NCBI GenBank assembly: GCA_963693365.1
Contig: CAVNZM010000005.1
Span: 2,222,342-2,286,341, forward strand
DNA: 64,000 bases
Source of the DNA: Amoebidium appalachense
Taxonomy: Eukaryota > Protista > Ichthyosporea
Direction of reading: 5' to 3'
The translations under genes and the position numbers were made by a program. The notes beneath the pieces were generated by a model that had not been told where the DNA came from, made no database searches, and saw only the letters and a list, made by a program, of their open reading frames with translations. This document shows positions 1 through 12,644 of the stretch, one piece after another (positions within the stretch are counted from its first letter, which is position 1; every line of letters starts with the position of its first letter).

Positions 1-498
1 CCCCCCCCCACCCCCCAGCGCTCTCCCTCCTCTCCCCCTCCACCTACTGCAATCTTGCTGTAGATCAGGCAATTGAAGTGTCATACTTTCGTTTCTTCTT
101 CTGTGTATAAATCTAAAGCCTAAAATCGACCGTCCAACCCTCTTCCCCCCATCCCCCCTCTCCCCCTCCTTCCATTCCGCCTGCACCCCCCCCTCCCCCC
201 CCCACCCCTCCCTTCCCCCTTCGAACACACACAATCACACACCCACCTATACCCGTACCGTGCGCATGCACAGGCGCCTAAGTATCTACTTATCTCTCTT
301 TCTTAGTCCCTTTCATTAGCCCAGCCCCTCCTTCCCCCATCCCCCCCCCCCCCTCCCCATTCCCCCCTCCTCCCCCCCTTTTCTTGTTGTGCAGGCCCAT
401 CTATTTCCAATCACAATATGAAAGACATCCCTGCTTCCCCTTAGGCAAATAACAAGGGAGGAAGCAGTGAATGGGGCTGTGAGAATGGCAGGAGGGAA

Positions 499-773
499 GG
501 GCTGAAAGGTGGAAGGGGGCCCGGGGGGGGAAGGGGGGAGGGAGGAAGGGGAAGGAGTGGGGTTTTGGGGGGGGGGGGGGGGGGGGGGAGGGGGGAGGGG
601 GGAGGGGGGGGAGGGGGGAAGGAAGACTCCGAGGGGAGGGGAGGGGGGGGGGGGAGGGGAACAGGTGAGCGAGAGGGGGGGGGGGGCGGTTTAGGGGGGG
701 AAGGGGGGGGGGGGGGGGGGGAATGGGGTGTGCAGGGTGCAGGTGTGCAAAGGGTGTGTGTGTGTGGGGCGGG

Positions 774-807
<34 letters not shown>

Positions 808-1100
808 GGGGGGAAAGGGTGTTTTGGGGAATATGGACCGGGGAGGGGCTGAAAGGTGGAAGGGGACCGGGGGGAAGGGGGGAGGGAGGAAGGGAGAGGA
901 GGTGGGTTTGGGGGGTGGGGGAGGGGGGGAGAAGACTCCGAGGGGAGCGGGGAGAGAGGGAGGGGGGACAGGTGAAGGGGGCAGGGGGGGTAAGGTGGAG
1001 TGGGGGGGGGAGGGGATAGGGGGTGCAGGTGTACAAGTGAGTGTGTGTGGAGGGGGCGGGGAGGAGGGGGAAAAGGGTGTTTTGGGGGATATGGATAGGG
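499..1100. repeat. Imperfect tandem duplication of a G-rich low-complexity unit (~260-350 bp)
   Basis: Unique anchors occur twice: GGCTGAAAGGTGGAAGGGG (~499, ~847), AAGACTCCGAGGGGAG (~623, ~932), AAAGGGTGTTTT..GG..ATATGGA (~815, ~1072). Confidence 0.7.
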
Positions 1101-1325
1101 GAGGAAGGGATTCAGGTGTCTGCAGACAAATATGTATGCCCGTTGGTGTGTGTTTCTGAAAGCTGATCGGAGCTAAGAAGAAACCTTCCCACAATTCACA
1201 GTAAATATCTGCTCCATTATCTCAGTGACAACGGTGTGCATTTTAGCCGCTTACATTTGGCTGATTTGAAAGCCTGAGTCTACACGTTTCACTAGAATCT
1301 AACAATTTACCATTTTTGTCCACAG

Positions 1326-1425
1326 CTACCGACAATGCCATCAAGTCCCTCCGAGTGTCCCCTTGGGGTATTTGACCTCCCCCCTCCCCCCCCCCCCCCT
1401 CTCCCCCCCCCCCAAACACACTGTG

Positions 1426-1505
<80 letters not shown>

Positions 1506-2997
1506 AGACACACACACACATGCGCACACGTGGCCACCACCACCACCACCATCCCTCCCCCCCGGGCCCTCCTAACGTGCCTTGTCTCGAGTGTAACCCA
1601 ATGATGCCTAATAGCCGAGACACTGTAGTTTTTACTCATCTAAGCACAACGCACTATTCCAAAACAGCCCCCCCTCCCCCCCCCCCCTCCCCCCCCTCCC
1701 CTCTTTCAACCCCCTTATTCCCCTCCCCCGGGCACACTATCCGTGGTAGGAAAACAGTTCCATTGCTCGGCCGGGTGCTTGCTGACAGCAGTGAGGCACC
1801 GGGCCCGCTATAGAGTGGGGCTATGTGCTACCATATAAGACAATAGGAACATATCAGGTTGGCGCCCAAGCCACAAACGTTAAACTCTCTCATTGGACTA
1901 AGTGGTCATGTGAAATACTATATACAAAACCCCTCCTTCCCCTCTCCCTCCCCCCCCTCCCTCCCTCCCTCCTTCCCCTCCCCCCCCACCCCCCCCCCCC
2001 CCCGAATCCCCACATTCTTTAGAATACACCATGGCCGTCGTGTTTATCACACCCGTATATTGACTCTAGTGAATAGGTTCGTCCGTTCTGTACTCCTTAG
2101 TGACACATGACTGATAAAACGTTTTTACACAGATTCCACAAATTTCACGGAATACGCAACATGTGACCCCAACAACCCCCCCGGAAATTTGATCTGGGAG
2201 GGATATTCCAACTGCAAAACAAAATGCGAAGGAGAACCGACCTGTGCCGCATTTGCCGCATATTACACTGGATTTTGTCAAATTTACCGAAACTGCGATT
2301 TCCGGGTCAATGATTCTTCAAAGGCTGCTGGAAAGTGGTTTGGCAGCAGATATTTGTGCACGTACATCCCTTGCCCTCAGCCCCCCCTTCTCCGCGCCCC
2401 GCCGCCCCCCCCCTCCCCACGCCTCCTTCCCCTTTCCCCCTCCCCCTCCCCCCCCCTCCCCCCCCCCCCCCCCCCCCCCCCCCCCGCCCCCCTCCCCCCT
2501 CTTTACCCTCTTTTCCGCCTTACTCCGAGAGCACACCCACAAGCTCCCCAACTTGCTTCTCTTCCCCCTCCCTCCCTCCCCCTCCCCCCTCCCCCCGCCC
2601 CCCCCCACCCCCCCTCTCCTCCCCTCTTCCCCGCCCCCCTCCCCTCTCCCGTCCCCCCCCCTGACACACACTTACACCACCATCACCACCACCCCCACCC
2701 ATACACACAGCGAAGTACACAGGCATTTAGTCTCCCTCCCCTCCCCCCCCCCCCCCCCCCCTCTCTCCGGAAAAAAAACATCCCTTGCATCTCTTTTTCC
2801 TGTTAACCACGACATGCCCGTGACGGGGCCAGCCTCCATTCGGTGGTGGATGCCAGAATCCAATGATAATCAGATTAATAGGCCGATACTATCCTTCTCT
2901 GTGCTTCCTAGACTTACAGCACAAAGAATACACCCCCGACACCTACACATATGCTTCGATAACATTCACAAGCGGCTCTTTGCATGATCTACCGTGC

Positions 2998-3033
<36 letters not shown>

Positions 3034-3136
3034 ACCTCCCCCCCCCCCACAAAAACACACACAAACACCAAACAAAAACGAATTTCCGGTCCTCACCTCA
3101 ACTTGGTGTCTGACATGTTTTCTGCCCTTTTCTCTT

Positions 3137-3167
<31 letters not shown>

Positions 3168-4563
3168 CTCTCCCCCTCTTGCCCCCCCCTCCACCTCTCC
3201 TCCCTCAACTCCACTCCCCCTGCCCCCAGTCCACCTTCATTTTCCCTCTCCCTCTTTCTCCAAACACAGATCCCGATAGACTGGCATCACCAGCAAACGG
3301 AGGTAACCCCCTCCCTCCCCCCCCCCCCCCCCCCCCCCCCCTCCCAACAAAAAAAAAAAAAGACAAAAAAAAAAAAAAAAAAAAAAAAAAGGAAAACATC
3401 CAGCAAATATAGCATATTGACGTTGAAGGGAATGACGTGTAAGGATGCAACTAGGCAATCTCAACCACATCTTATCCAACCTCCTTGCCGCTGCTAGCAC
3501 CACATATGAATCCCTCATTCTGTAATCAACCAACCACCCCCACCACCCCACCCCCAACTCCCACCCCCCACCCACCCAACCCACTCACCAACCCACCCAA
3601 CCCCCCTCTCCGTGCACAAAAAACAAAGAAAAGGGCAACTTTGAACAGAACGAGGCCAGGAGACGGGGATGGGAATAAAGGAGTTCGGCAGGGAGAGGGA
3701 GGGAGGTGGGGGGCGGGGGAGGGAGGGGGAGCGGGGAGGGGAAGGGGGGTAAGTAAACTGTTCTCTGTGGCAAATCTGAGACATAAATCAACACCAGGAA
3801 CAACCTCCTTCTTCCTTAACGTGCACGGTTGTTACTGGCTACAAACTAAGTGTGAACGTGTTCCGAATACTCTGACCGTTAAAGCACCCCACTGCACGAC
3901 TATATATACTTATCTTCTACCCCAACCCAGGTCGGCGGCGTGCCTCTGAAACCAACAATACATCACCTGAGCTCAGCGACACCACCACCATCAGCACCAA
4001 CATTTATCCCACAACCAGCGAAATCGGTGGTTCTTCTACAGCACCTTCTCCCCTTAATCGGTATATCCGGGCAGGATACAAGCAGGGGGAGTTGATTGTG
4101 ACTCCCGTGGTTCTCAGTATGGCCGTAAGAGTGGATTATGGAAACGCTTTTGCTGGTAGCCGCAGGCGCAGACGATATGCACCCATGAAATTTGAGGGGA
4201 AAAGACAAGCGGGAGATGGTCAAGGGGGGTTCCCGACAGAGCAACGGTCCACAAAGGTAAGCAAGCACCAGTGTTTGTGTGTGTTTGTGCATGTTAGTCT
4301 GACTCTGTATGACATATTTGTGTGTGTGGGCATGTGATGCCTGTATGTGAGTCTCTCAAATTGCACGGCACAATAAAGTTCGTTTCTGTAATTTCATTTA
4401 TATTCTGAACAATGTGGGGCTGTGGGCGTTTTTTCTAATCATAGGAAAAATGGGAAGGGAAAGTGAAAAGTTGGTAGTGATTGTGATGGCTGGCCCGTGG
4501 TGGTGGTTGGTAGGTTGGTAGGTTGGGTGGGTGGGTCACGTGGGTGGGTGGATGTGTGTGTCT

Positions 4564-4611
<48 letters not shown>

Positions 4612-4713
4612 GGGGGTTGGGTTGGGTTGGGTGGGTGGAGGGGTGGATGGATGGGTGGGTGGGTGGGTGGGTGGAGGGGTTGATGGGTGGGTGGGCGAGT
4701 GGGTGTGTGTGGT

Positions 4714-4744
<31 letters not shown>

Positions 4745-5737
4745 ATGGGTGATGGGTGGGTGGGTGGGTGGGTGGGGGGGGGGGGGGGTGTTGGAAGGGT
4801 GGAGTGGGTGGTACGGTGGGGGGCCCGGGGGGGGGGGGGGGGTGGAGGGGTGGGTAGGGGAGCGGGAGGGGGGGGGGGGAGGGGTGAGCTGTAAGCTGTT
4901 GTTGATCTGCCTTGCATATAATCGATGCAACCCAAACCCCCTCTAATGTACGCAATATCACAGGTGGCTCGCGAGGTTGGAATTAGCCACTACACAAGCC
5001 TCCTAGATCAGGGGGTTCCAACGCGAAATACGACCGCTGTGGACACCGACACATCCGAACACCTCATCCCTATCGCCCTCTTCATATCCAGTGTTTTGCT
5101 CACTTTGGGCACGTGTGCATGTGGGGGAACGTGGGTGGCTGTGGTCGTGAAATTGCACAAATTGCGACAGAAAAAGGAACTAGAAATTTCTCAGAAGCCG
5201 AGCGAGCCAGATGAGTTGTCAAATAGTTTTCTTAGCACGACTTCCGTTGCTCTAAACCCCAACTCTGTTTCCCAAACAATTTCAAATCCTCTTTCCTCTA
5301 GTTCGAGCTCTGCTCTTCTCATTTCCGGTGGGAACCATAGAAATTTGAGCTCAAATTCCTTCGTAGCCCTGAATTCAAACTCTATCGCTTCCAGTTCAAG
5401 CTCTGCTTTTTTGGGTGGGAACATGAGAAATTTAAGCTCGAATTCTGTTGCTACTAACACAAGCTCTATTTCTTCTAATTCAAACTCTGCTTTTCTCGGT
5501 GGAAACAATAGAAATCTGACCTCGTCCCCTATTGCGAACAATTCAAATTCTATTTCTTCCAATTCAAGCTCTGCTTTTCTGGGTGGGAACACTAGAAATA
5601 CAAGCTCAAATTCCGTTGCCACCAGTCCAAACTCTACATCTTCTACGTCAGTTTCTGCTGTTGGCGGTACAAACACTAATACCCTTCGATCGAATTCAAT
5701 AGATAAATATCCTGCTTTTCCCACATCTAGAAAGTAG
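1326..5737 (+). CDS. Multi-exon putative type-I membrane protein: Cys-rich PAN/Apple-like segment, Ser/Thr-rich stalk, one TM helix, Ser/Asn-rich repeat tail; 5' end and some internal exons unresolved
   Basis: Phase-compatible AG/GT exons: 1326-1367 ([13 protein letters not shown]), 1814-1857, 2023-2068, 2133-~2361 ([24 protein letters not shown]-like Cys spacing). Then 3931-4256 (ends AAG|GTAAGC) and last exon 4964-5737 with hydrophobic [28 protein letters not shown] followed by KLHKLRQKK. Exons between 2361 and 3931 could not be placed with certainty. Confidence 0.6.
5290..5650 (+). repeat. Coding tandem repeat, ~4 copies of a ~28-aa (84-93 nt) unit [25 protein letters not shown]
   Basis: CTCTGCT anchors at ~5308, 5401, 5485, 5569; reading frame is preserved. 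Confidence 0.85.
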
Positions 5738-6638
5738 GGTGCAAATTGAAAGTTTTTCCATGCCGGATAGTGCCGAACCACAGGCAGTATGCCTTGCATG
5801 GATGTTTGTATAAGTGTATGTGTATTCGTTAATATACCGACTCATTATTTTTCATCCGTAAGACCTTGCTGAAGTGTGTATTGTTCATGTTAATACATCT
5901 GTGTACATAGCACATGTATATATTGATACTCAGGCCACCTTCAGAAAGGCCTATTAACTATCAATTAAGTATGTGCACATGATCCCGAGTCCATCAAGTG
6001 TCCGTGCCCTCACTTGTGTGCATGAGAGAACACAACACTGGTAATTGTCCTAAGCCCTGCAGCGCCTCCCCCCCCCCCCCCCCCCCCCTGATCTTAGCTA
6101 TACCCCCCTCCCCCCCCCCCGTTTTCCTCCCCTTACCCCCTCCCTCCCGGCCCCTCCCCCCTCCCCCCCCCCCCCCCCCCCTTCTCCCCCTGCGCGACCG
6201 CCGGCATGCCAGACCCCCCAACCCCCCCCTTCCCCTCTCCCAGCTCCCACGCGCTCGACCCCCTTCCCCCCCCCCCCCTCCCCCCCCCCCCCCCCCCAGC
6301 CCCATCTAGGTCTAGCTAAGCTTCTCCCCCCTCCCCCCCGTCCCGCCTCCGGGGCACTTAATTAATTAAGCTTCCTCGCTTTTTGGGAGGGTGGGGATTT
6401 TTATTTATTTTTTGGTTGGGGGGGAGGGGGGAGTGTGTAGGAGGGAAATAGAGAGCACAGGCTGTACTGGACCACATGCCTACGTACTCCTTCCCTCAAG
6501 GTACCACTGCCAACCCCCCGTCAAAAATGACCGAAAGGAAGGCAGAAAAAGAAGAGATTACTATCCGATCGGACGGTAGCACCTCCACACAGACACTGCA
6601 GGGAACGATGACACACGTACACCAGTCAGAAGCGCCGA

Positions 6639-6685
<47 letters not shown>

Positions 6686-7474
6686 ACCCTGCCTCTTTCT
6701 TTCCCCCCTACCCAACCTTAAGTTTCGCTCCCACAGCAGTATCGAGCGAAACTTTGCCTTTTCTATATTAATTCTGGGTTTCACCTTTGTTCGTACAATT
6801 CTTTTTCCAGTGAAAATGATTAGATTATCTCCTAAATCGGCCAAGTTTGATCTAGTAGTTTTATTTTTGTCCTTCTTGCCTGCAAGGCTTAACACCCAAG
6901 TGAACCATGGGTGTATAGCTATCCTATAAATCTGTTGTATGTATAGCTTGGGAGCGCCTGCGGCGCCCCTCGTCTTATGTGTGGCCGTGCTGGAAAACGC
7001 AGTAGGTCACTCATGCACACGAGGGGCAGTGCTCCTGCCGTTTCCCAAAAACATAGACCGTGTAAACCAAACCAACTATAATTCTGTGCCCCCCCCTCCC
7101 CCCCGCCCCAGGACGTCACAACACAAAAATATAATTAAACCACTTCAGCCCAAAGTACATACACATGATGTATTCTGCGAGTAAATCATAAAAGTCCCTG
7201 GTCAGAGTTCAGCGAGATTCAGCCACGACACAGGCTGCCCAAACTGGGGGACCTAAGCCAAATTTCGGAGGGATCTATCCGAATTTCGATATTCCGCACT
7301 TTCAAACCGTAATACACTCAACACGACTTTACATATAGCTGTACTCCACCACAAACCGTCGTACACTACAGACCAGGAACATTGATTTTGCACAGGAATT
7401 TCAAAGCATACCTCGTCCACAAACCAACTTCATATTTTCTGAGTTACTTTGAACCCACTTTCATGATTTTTGGA

Positions 7475-7511
<37 letters not shown>

Positions 7512-7667
7512 CCTTCCCCGCCAGCCCGCCCCCTGCGTCGCTTATTGTGGCCAACATGACACGAGCCCAAAGCATGAAAGAATTGACACCAGCGTGTTCT
7601 ATGGTGTTTTTTTCATGTAGGGAGCCTGGGTCAAAAAAGAGAAACCACAGAGAGCATTCGTATGGGC

Positions 7668-7719
<52 letters not shown>

Positions 7720-8543
7720 CTCTTGCACGCTGCCGATTACTAACACCATCCGGTGGCGCCTAATTCTTTTCAGAAAAAAGATTGATTAACCCTGCATGGG
7801 AACAGTCCTGGAACCTAATACAAGAATAATGAACGGTTGTTCACTTACTCTACTCGGTGTTAGAGAGGCTTTTTTGTCCTTTTCTGTATTTGTACACATG
7901 GAGGTGTATGTGGCCTGTGAGATGCGTACAATTTGGTTAAACACGGTTCGGGAACTTGCTCACAATTCCTATGCCTCATTTACTCACGTTGTTTTTCTGT
8001 TATAGCGTCATACACAGAGCACATTCGAAAGTGCACATATGTTTACGAGTTAATAGTTTTGGATAGTGCCTGAGCCGCGCAGTGCGTTGCAATTGATGCA
8101 CGACCACAATATTTACCACGACAATATCTAGGCCAAATTTGTATGCATGTGAAGTGCATCCGCAAACCAAAGAGACAAGTTCAGTTCTACATGTTACCCT
8201 TCTCATTCCCGTTTTTCTCACTAACCTCATGTAATCTCAAATTTCTAATTCACGACATATTTTGCGCTTCGAGTCGTACAGAATCATAGTCGTCGTTACC
8301 ACGGTTTGTAAGCAAACACATGCCTTTGCGTAAAAGCCAAGCTGTATCAATCATCCTTTTCAGTCAAATCAGTGCCTAATTGTGTTGGGGCATCTTGAAC
8401 ACAGCTATCAAATGCAGAGATATAGGCGAAGCCAGCTACCAGAACGCTTTTACCAAGTTGATTTGACACTGCAGGTTCTCTTGTGGCAAATTTTACTCGT
8501 TGGTAATACGATAAGGAGCGCTGTCGGATCCCCAGCTCCCTAC

Positions 8544-8698
8544 CTCCTCCACTCCGTTTCCAAGGGGAATATTCCTGACTCGGTCGGCTCAGGAACATAG
8601 TCGAACAGCTCGTCAAACAATGAGTCGTCTTCAGTTGGGACACCAGAAGACAGGCCAAAAAAGGAGAGGGAGAGGAGAGTGAGCAAAAAGAGCCTCAT
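8544..8698 (-). CDS. Probable first exon of a secreted protein; downstream exons (towards ~6 kb) unresolved
   Basis: ATG at 8698 gives MRLFLLTLLSLSFFGLSSG (signal-peptide-like), then acidic VPTEDDSLFDELFDYVPEPTESGIFPLETEWR, ending at an AG|GTAGGG donor. Confidence 0.45.
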
Positions 8699-8741
8699 TC
8701 TGCTTCTTGTTTTTAGTAGAAACAGCGCGGTGCGCACAAAA

Positions 8742-8799
8742 TCACGGTGTCAGAAAAACATTGCTCTATATCACGGTGTCAGAAAAACACTGCTCTATA
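8742..8799. repeat. 29-bp direct tandem repeat (TCACGGTGTCAGAAAAACAyTGCTCTATA x2) just upstream of the 8698 ATG
   Basis: Two adjacent copies with one mismatch, read directly from the sequence. Confidence 0.85.
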
Positions 8800-9389
8800 A
8801 CTTTCCGTGTGGTTTTCGTCCTTTACTGGCAATGATTGCCGCGTGTTGTTCAACGGTTTCGACACGATCGCGAAGAAAAAAACATCAGGTGGATCCCAAG
8901 GCCGGGCCCGGCTGCCCGGGTCAGGAAGAAATGCGGCAAGCGCCAGCGTATGACCAACCACCAATCGCCTACCAGACAGCATTGTTTTTTATTGTAAACC
9001 AATAAGATGACCTATAGTGGTAAAATGTGCATTCCAGTTGTAAAACTCCGTTTCACCGTTTTCGCCGGTGCAGGCTGCAGCAGGCAGGCAGTGCCTCGGA
9101 CCTCAGTGATACCCCCGTGTCACCATGCGCGGAGGGCCGTGTACTGGAGGAAGCCTCAGCGGCCAGTCGGCCGTGCCCGGAAAACCACCATACAGCCTCA
9201 ATTTCAACCAGGCTGCCCAGGAGTCGCACAGAGAAGAGACGCTTCCAGGCACAGCTTTGAACTTTGTAACTGGCATGTGGGCACTGATATATGTGACCAG
9301 AAAAGAGCAGAAAGCGGGGAAGGGGGCTGGACAAGGGGGGAAGGGGGGGGGGGGGGGGGGGGGGGGGGGGGAAGGGGGGGGGGGGGAGG

Positions 9390-9446
<57 letters not shown>

Positions 9447-11031
9447 GTGTGTGTGTGTGTCACGGTCACCCGTGCGTACGTGCACATGTGCCAGCTGCAT
9501 TGGGTAGGGAGGCAGGGGGAGGGGGGAGGGGATAGGGGGAAGGAGTATCATGTGAGCTCGAGGAGCCAAGGAAGGAGAGGCTGTACGTTTCCGAACAAAA
9601 TTTAAAGTGAACACACTTCCCCCTGCCACCCCGGGAAGGCCTTGGCTGATGTCACAAGCTGGCCATGGGCCAGCCCGTAGCTACTTGTAGCTGGGAGAGT
9701 ACTCCTACTAGTACTATGTCTCGTACTTAATCATTGATGTAACTGTAGCTGCCACTGTGACAGAACACACTCGTGCACATGGAGGATTTTTTTTAACCAT
9801 TTTAATGACTGTAAAACAGCATTTGGTATGTTTTTCGGTGGCTTGTGTTACATGTGTAGGCCATGGCCACTCCGTGCAAGAACACTTTGATTTCTTTCTT
9901 TCTTTCGGAATCTTGTCATTCATGTAACAATTCATTCATTCGTCCGTTTTTGTGTGTTTGGGCGGGGAATATTAATAGAGCGCGGGCCGGGAGGATGGGG
10001 AGGGGGGGAGGGGGGTGAGGGGACAAAATATAATGGATCGGGAGGATTTCCATGCAAACACGACCCATCACTACTGGGCAGGCTGGTATGCATGTACTTC
10101 TTTGTGGGTTAGCCGCTCATTGTCCTCGTGTTTTATATACCGAATGAGCTTACAGAAGCATGCATTGCACAAACCCACTATATGCATAGATTACAGATAT
10201 AAGAGAGATAAAAGCTTTGCACTGCACGCGATAGAAAGTAGCCCAAGGCCAGTGAGATTCAAAGGTGTCCGTGTTGGGGGTGTAATGGCGCGGGAAAGGG
10301 GAGGCCCCCGGAGGGGGGGGGGGGGGGGGGGGGGAGGGAGCAGTGCATGGGGCCGTCCAAGCAGGGGTTGTTTGCCCTGCAGAGGGTAAAAAATTAGAAC
10401 TGAGATGATTGAAAAGGCACTGAAGTTCTAGGGTATCCAAGCTTGACCAGCCCACGGAGGCGGGCAGGGGGAGATCTAGAGGGGTGGGGGGATGGGGGAG
10501 AAAGGTGATGCCGATGTATGCAAAAGACTCGTTGGGCAAACAGCTCGAGACAGAAAAGGCAGAGATTATGACCTCACGGACATGTGTATCAAACTGTGAG
10601 GGGTGGATGGGGCCCCGGGTGAGCATGCGGAAAAGCTGCACATGCTTTCGATGTGTTATCTGTTCGCGGATGAGGTTGGCAGTGCATACTATGAGTTTTG
10701 CAACAATTTATTCATCATCAAGCCTCCATGTGCTTATGTGTCGGCATTACATCATGGTGTTGTAACGTTTTGCATCATCATGGGTTTGTTAAAAATACTG
10801 GTGGTGACCATCCGAGACACGCCTTCATGTTCACATTTTCCATAGTTAAGAACTGTTACCGTTGCGTCATGTACAATGTCCGCCCGTTGCCATTCGCTTC
10901 AACATACTAAAAAATCACACATTAACGGGAATTATCACGACCGAGGAAATACAGGGCATATTAACCCCTATAACCACATTCCGGCCGAGCTCTAGCTAGG
11001 CCATCCGCAGGACATAATAACAGCACTACGT

Positions 11032-11379
11032 TTAGTGACCGTCGTGGCTCTTGCTGGGGGTAGCCGAACGCGTGCCGGTGTGGTCGGGCATGTCATGGTC
11101 GTCGTTGCCGCTGTCATGGCTGTCATGGTCGTGGTCAGCCGCCTGGGTGTCCATGTCGGCCATGTGGTCGGCCATGTGGTCGGCCATGGTGGTGGCCATG
11201 ACGGGGGCAGTCTCAGCAGCCATCGTGGTGGCGGCCCAGGTCGTGGTGGCAGCCTCGGTGTGTGCGGCGGTGGCGGGCATGTGGCCGGCCATCTCGGTGC
11301 CAACCATCTCGTCGTGCGCGGGGGCGGCAGCCGCAAGGGCAACGACCACAGCCATAACGGCAGCTTGCAGGAACTTCAT
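11032..11379 (-). CDS. Small secreted His/Met/Asp/Thr-rich protein (115 aa, intronless)
   Basis: Signal peptide MKFLQAAVMAVVVALAAA; strong G/C third-position bias; AAAATG start context; MADH repeats and DHDHDSHDSGNDDHDMPDH; upstream TATA box. Confidence 0.85.
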   Translation of the reverse strand: MKFLQAAVMAVVVALAAAAPAHDEMVGTEMAGHMPATAAHTEAATTTWAATTMAAETAPVMATTMADHMADHMADMDTQAADHDHDSHDSGNDDHDMPDHTGTRSATPSKSHDGH

Positions 11380-11458
11380 TTTGGATTTATAAGAGAGTAA
11401 ATGAAACTACAGTCTGCAGCGTTATCTTTCTGAGTCCTAAAATGAGGGTAGCCGAGCG

Positions 11459-11465
11459 TTTTATA
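11459..11465 (-). promoter_or_regulatory. TATA box of the His/Met-rich secreted protein gene
   Basis: TATAAAA on the minus strand, ~80 nt upstream of the ATG at 11379. Confidence 0.55.
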
Positions 11466-12445
11466 GCTTCGATTTTAGCGGGTTGTAATGTGGTGACGAA
11501 TGGTCATGACTGTTATACAATCAAACACATTGGTGTTGAATAGTATTTAGGTGTGGTACGAGTACACGTACACGATAACCGTACACCAGGTGGTCCAGGA
11601 TTATGGATCATCAGTGCACCAAGAGTGCTCGCGGATTTTGATAGAGTCTCGACACTCTAGATGATATAAAAATATTTGTTCTTGCTCAATGTACAACAAA
11701 TAGTGCAGGAGTCTCATCTATAGCAGATGCAGCCAGTGGCAGGCCACATGGCGGCGCGCACGCGCGGCCTGCGCCCGGGGTAAAGTTTTGGGATGATTCC
11801 GGGGCCCAGGAAAGCCGAACGTTTACCTCAAGCACTGAACAAGAAACGATTTATATGTATATGTGTTATATAATAAATCTGTAAAACAACTCGCTTACTA
11901 TTTTTGTGACGGTACATATAGGGGACCGGTTCAGTGGCCGGTTTGCGGTCGTGACGGCTACTCGTGAAAAACATAAATAGCTGTCATATCTGATCGCCGA
12001 TTGGCCCAACCAGGGTTGTACGCAAACCAATCAGAAAATGATACAAGAAAAACACGTGTAGGTCGACCAATCATGAGGTCGGTGAAATTCCATCGTGCCA
12101 CGGACATTAAAACCAACCAATCATATGTGCCTCGCAGTTTACAACAGCGTCAACAGGCGTCAAACAGAGTGATGACAAAAAACTCCCAAACACAGAACTG
12201 TGAGTATAAAAAGGTACTGGCAGGCGAATGCGGGGCTCCCGTCTGCTATGTCGATGGGGCCGGTTTCTCATGCCCCTCGCGCAGGTACAATCCAAAACTG
12301 TTATGAGAAAACGAATGTTGAAGAGTGTGTGTGTTTGTGATCCACGTCATGTGTGTGTGCATGTGCTCATGTGTGTACACGTGTGTGCGTGTGTGTGTTT
12401 CTGTGTGTATCACAGTGTGCACGTGTGTGTGTGTGTGCGTGTGTG

Positions 12446-12486
<41 letters not shown>

Positions 12487-12581
12487 TGTGTGTGTATGTG
12501 TCACGGTTCCTAGGTCGCGAGAAACTAGGAGGTACGTGTGCGGGGAAAGTCTTTGGGCGTTTGGGACAGGAAGAGAGGGGT

Positions 12582-12644
<63 letters not shown>

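Noticed and set aside
5191-5799. 202-aa minus-strand ORF (likewise 11035-11400, 47214-47807, 47395-48036)
   Set aside because: Antisense shadows of real coding exons.
7195-7380. Possible TIR pair GTCCCTGGTC / GACCAGGAAC, and a similar weak pair at ~52534-53030
   Set aside because: Short imperfect matches without a TSD.
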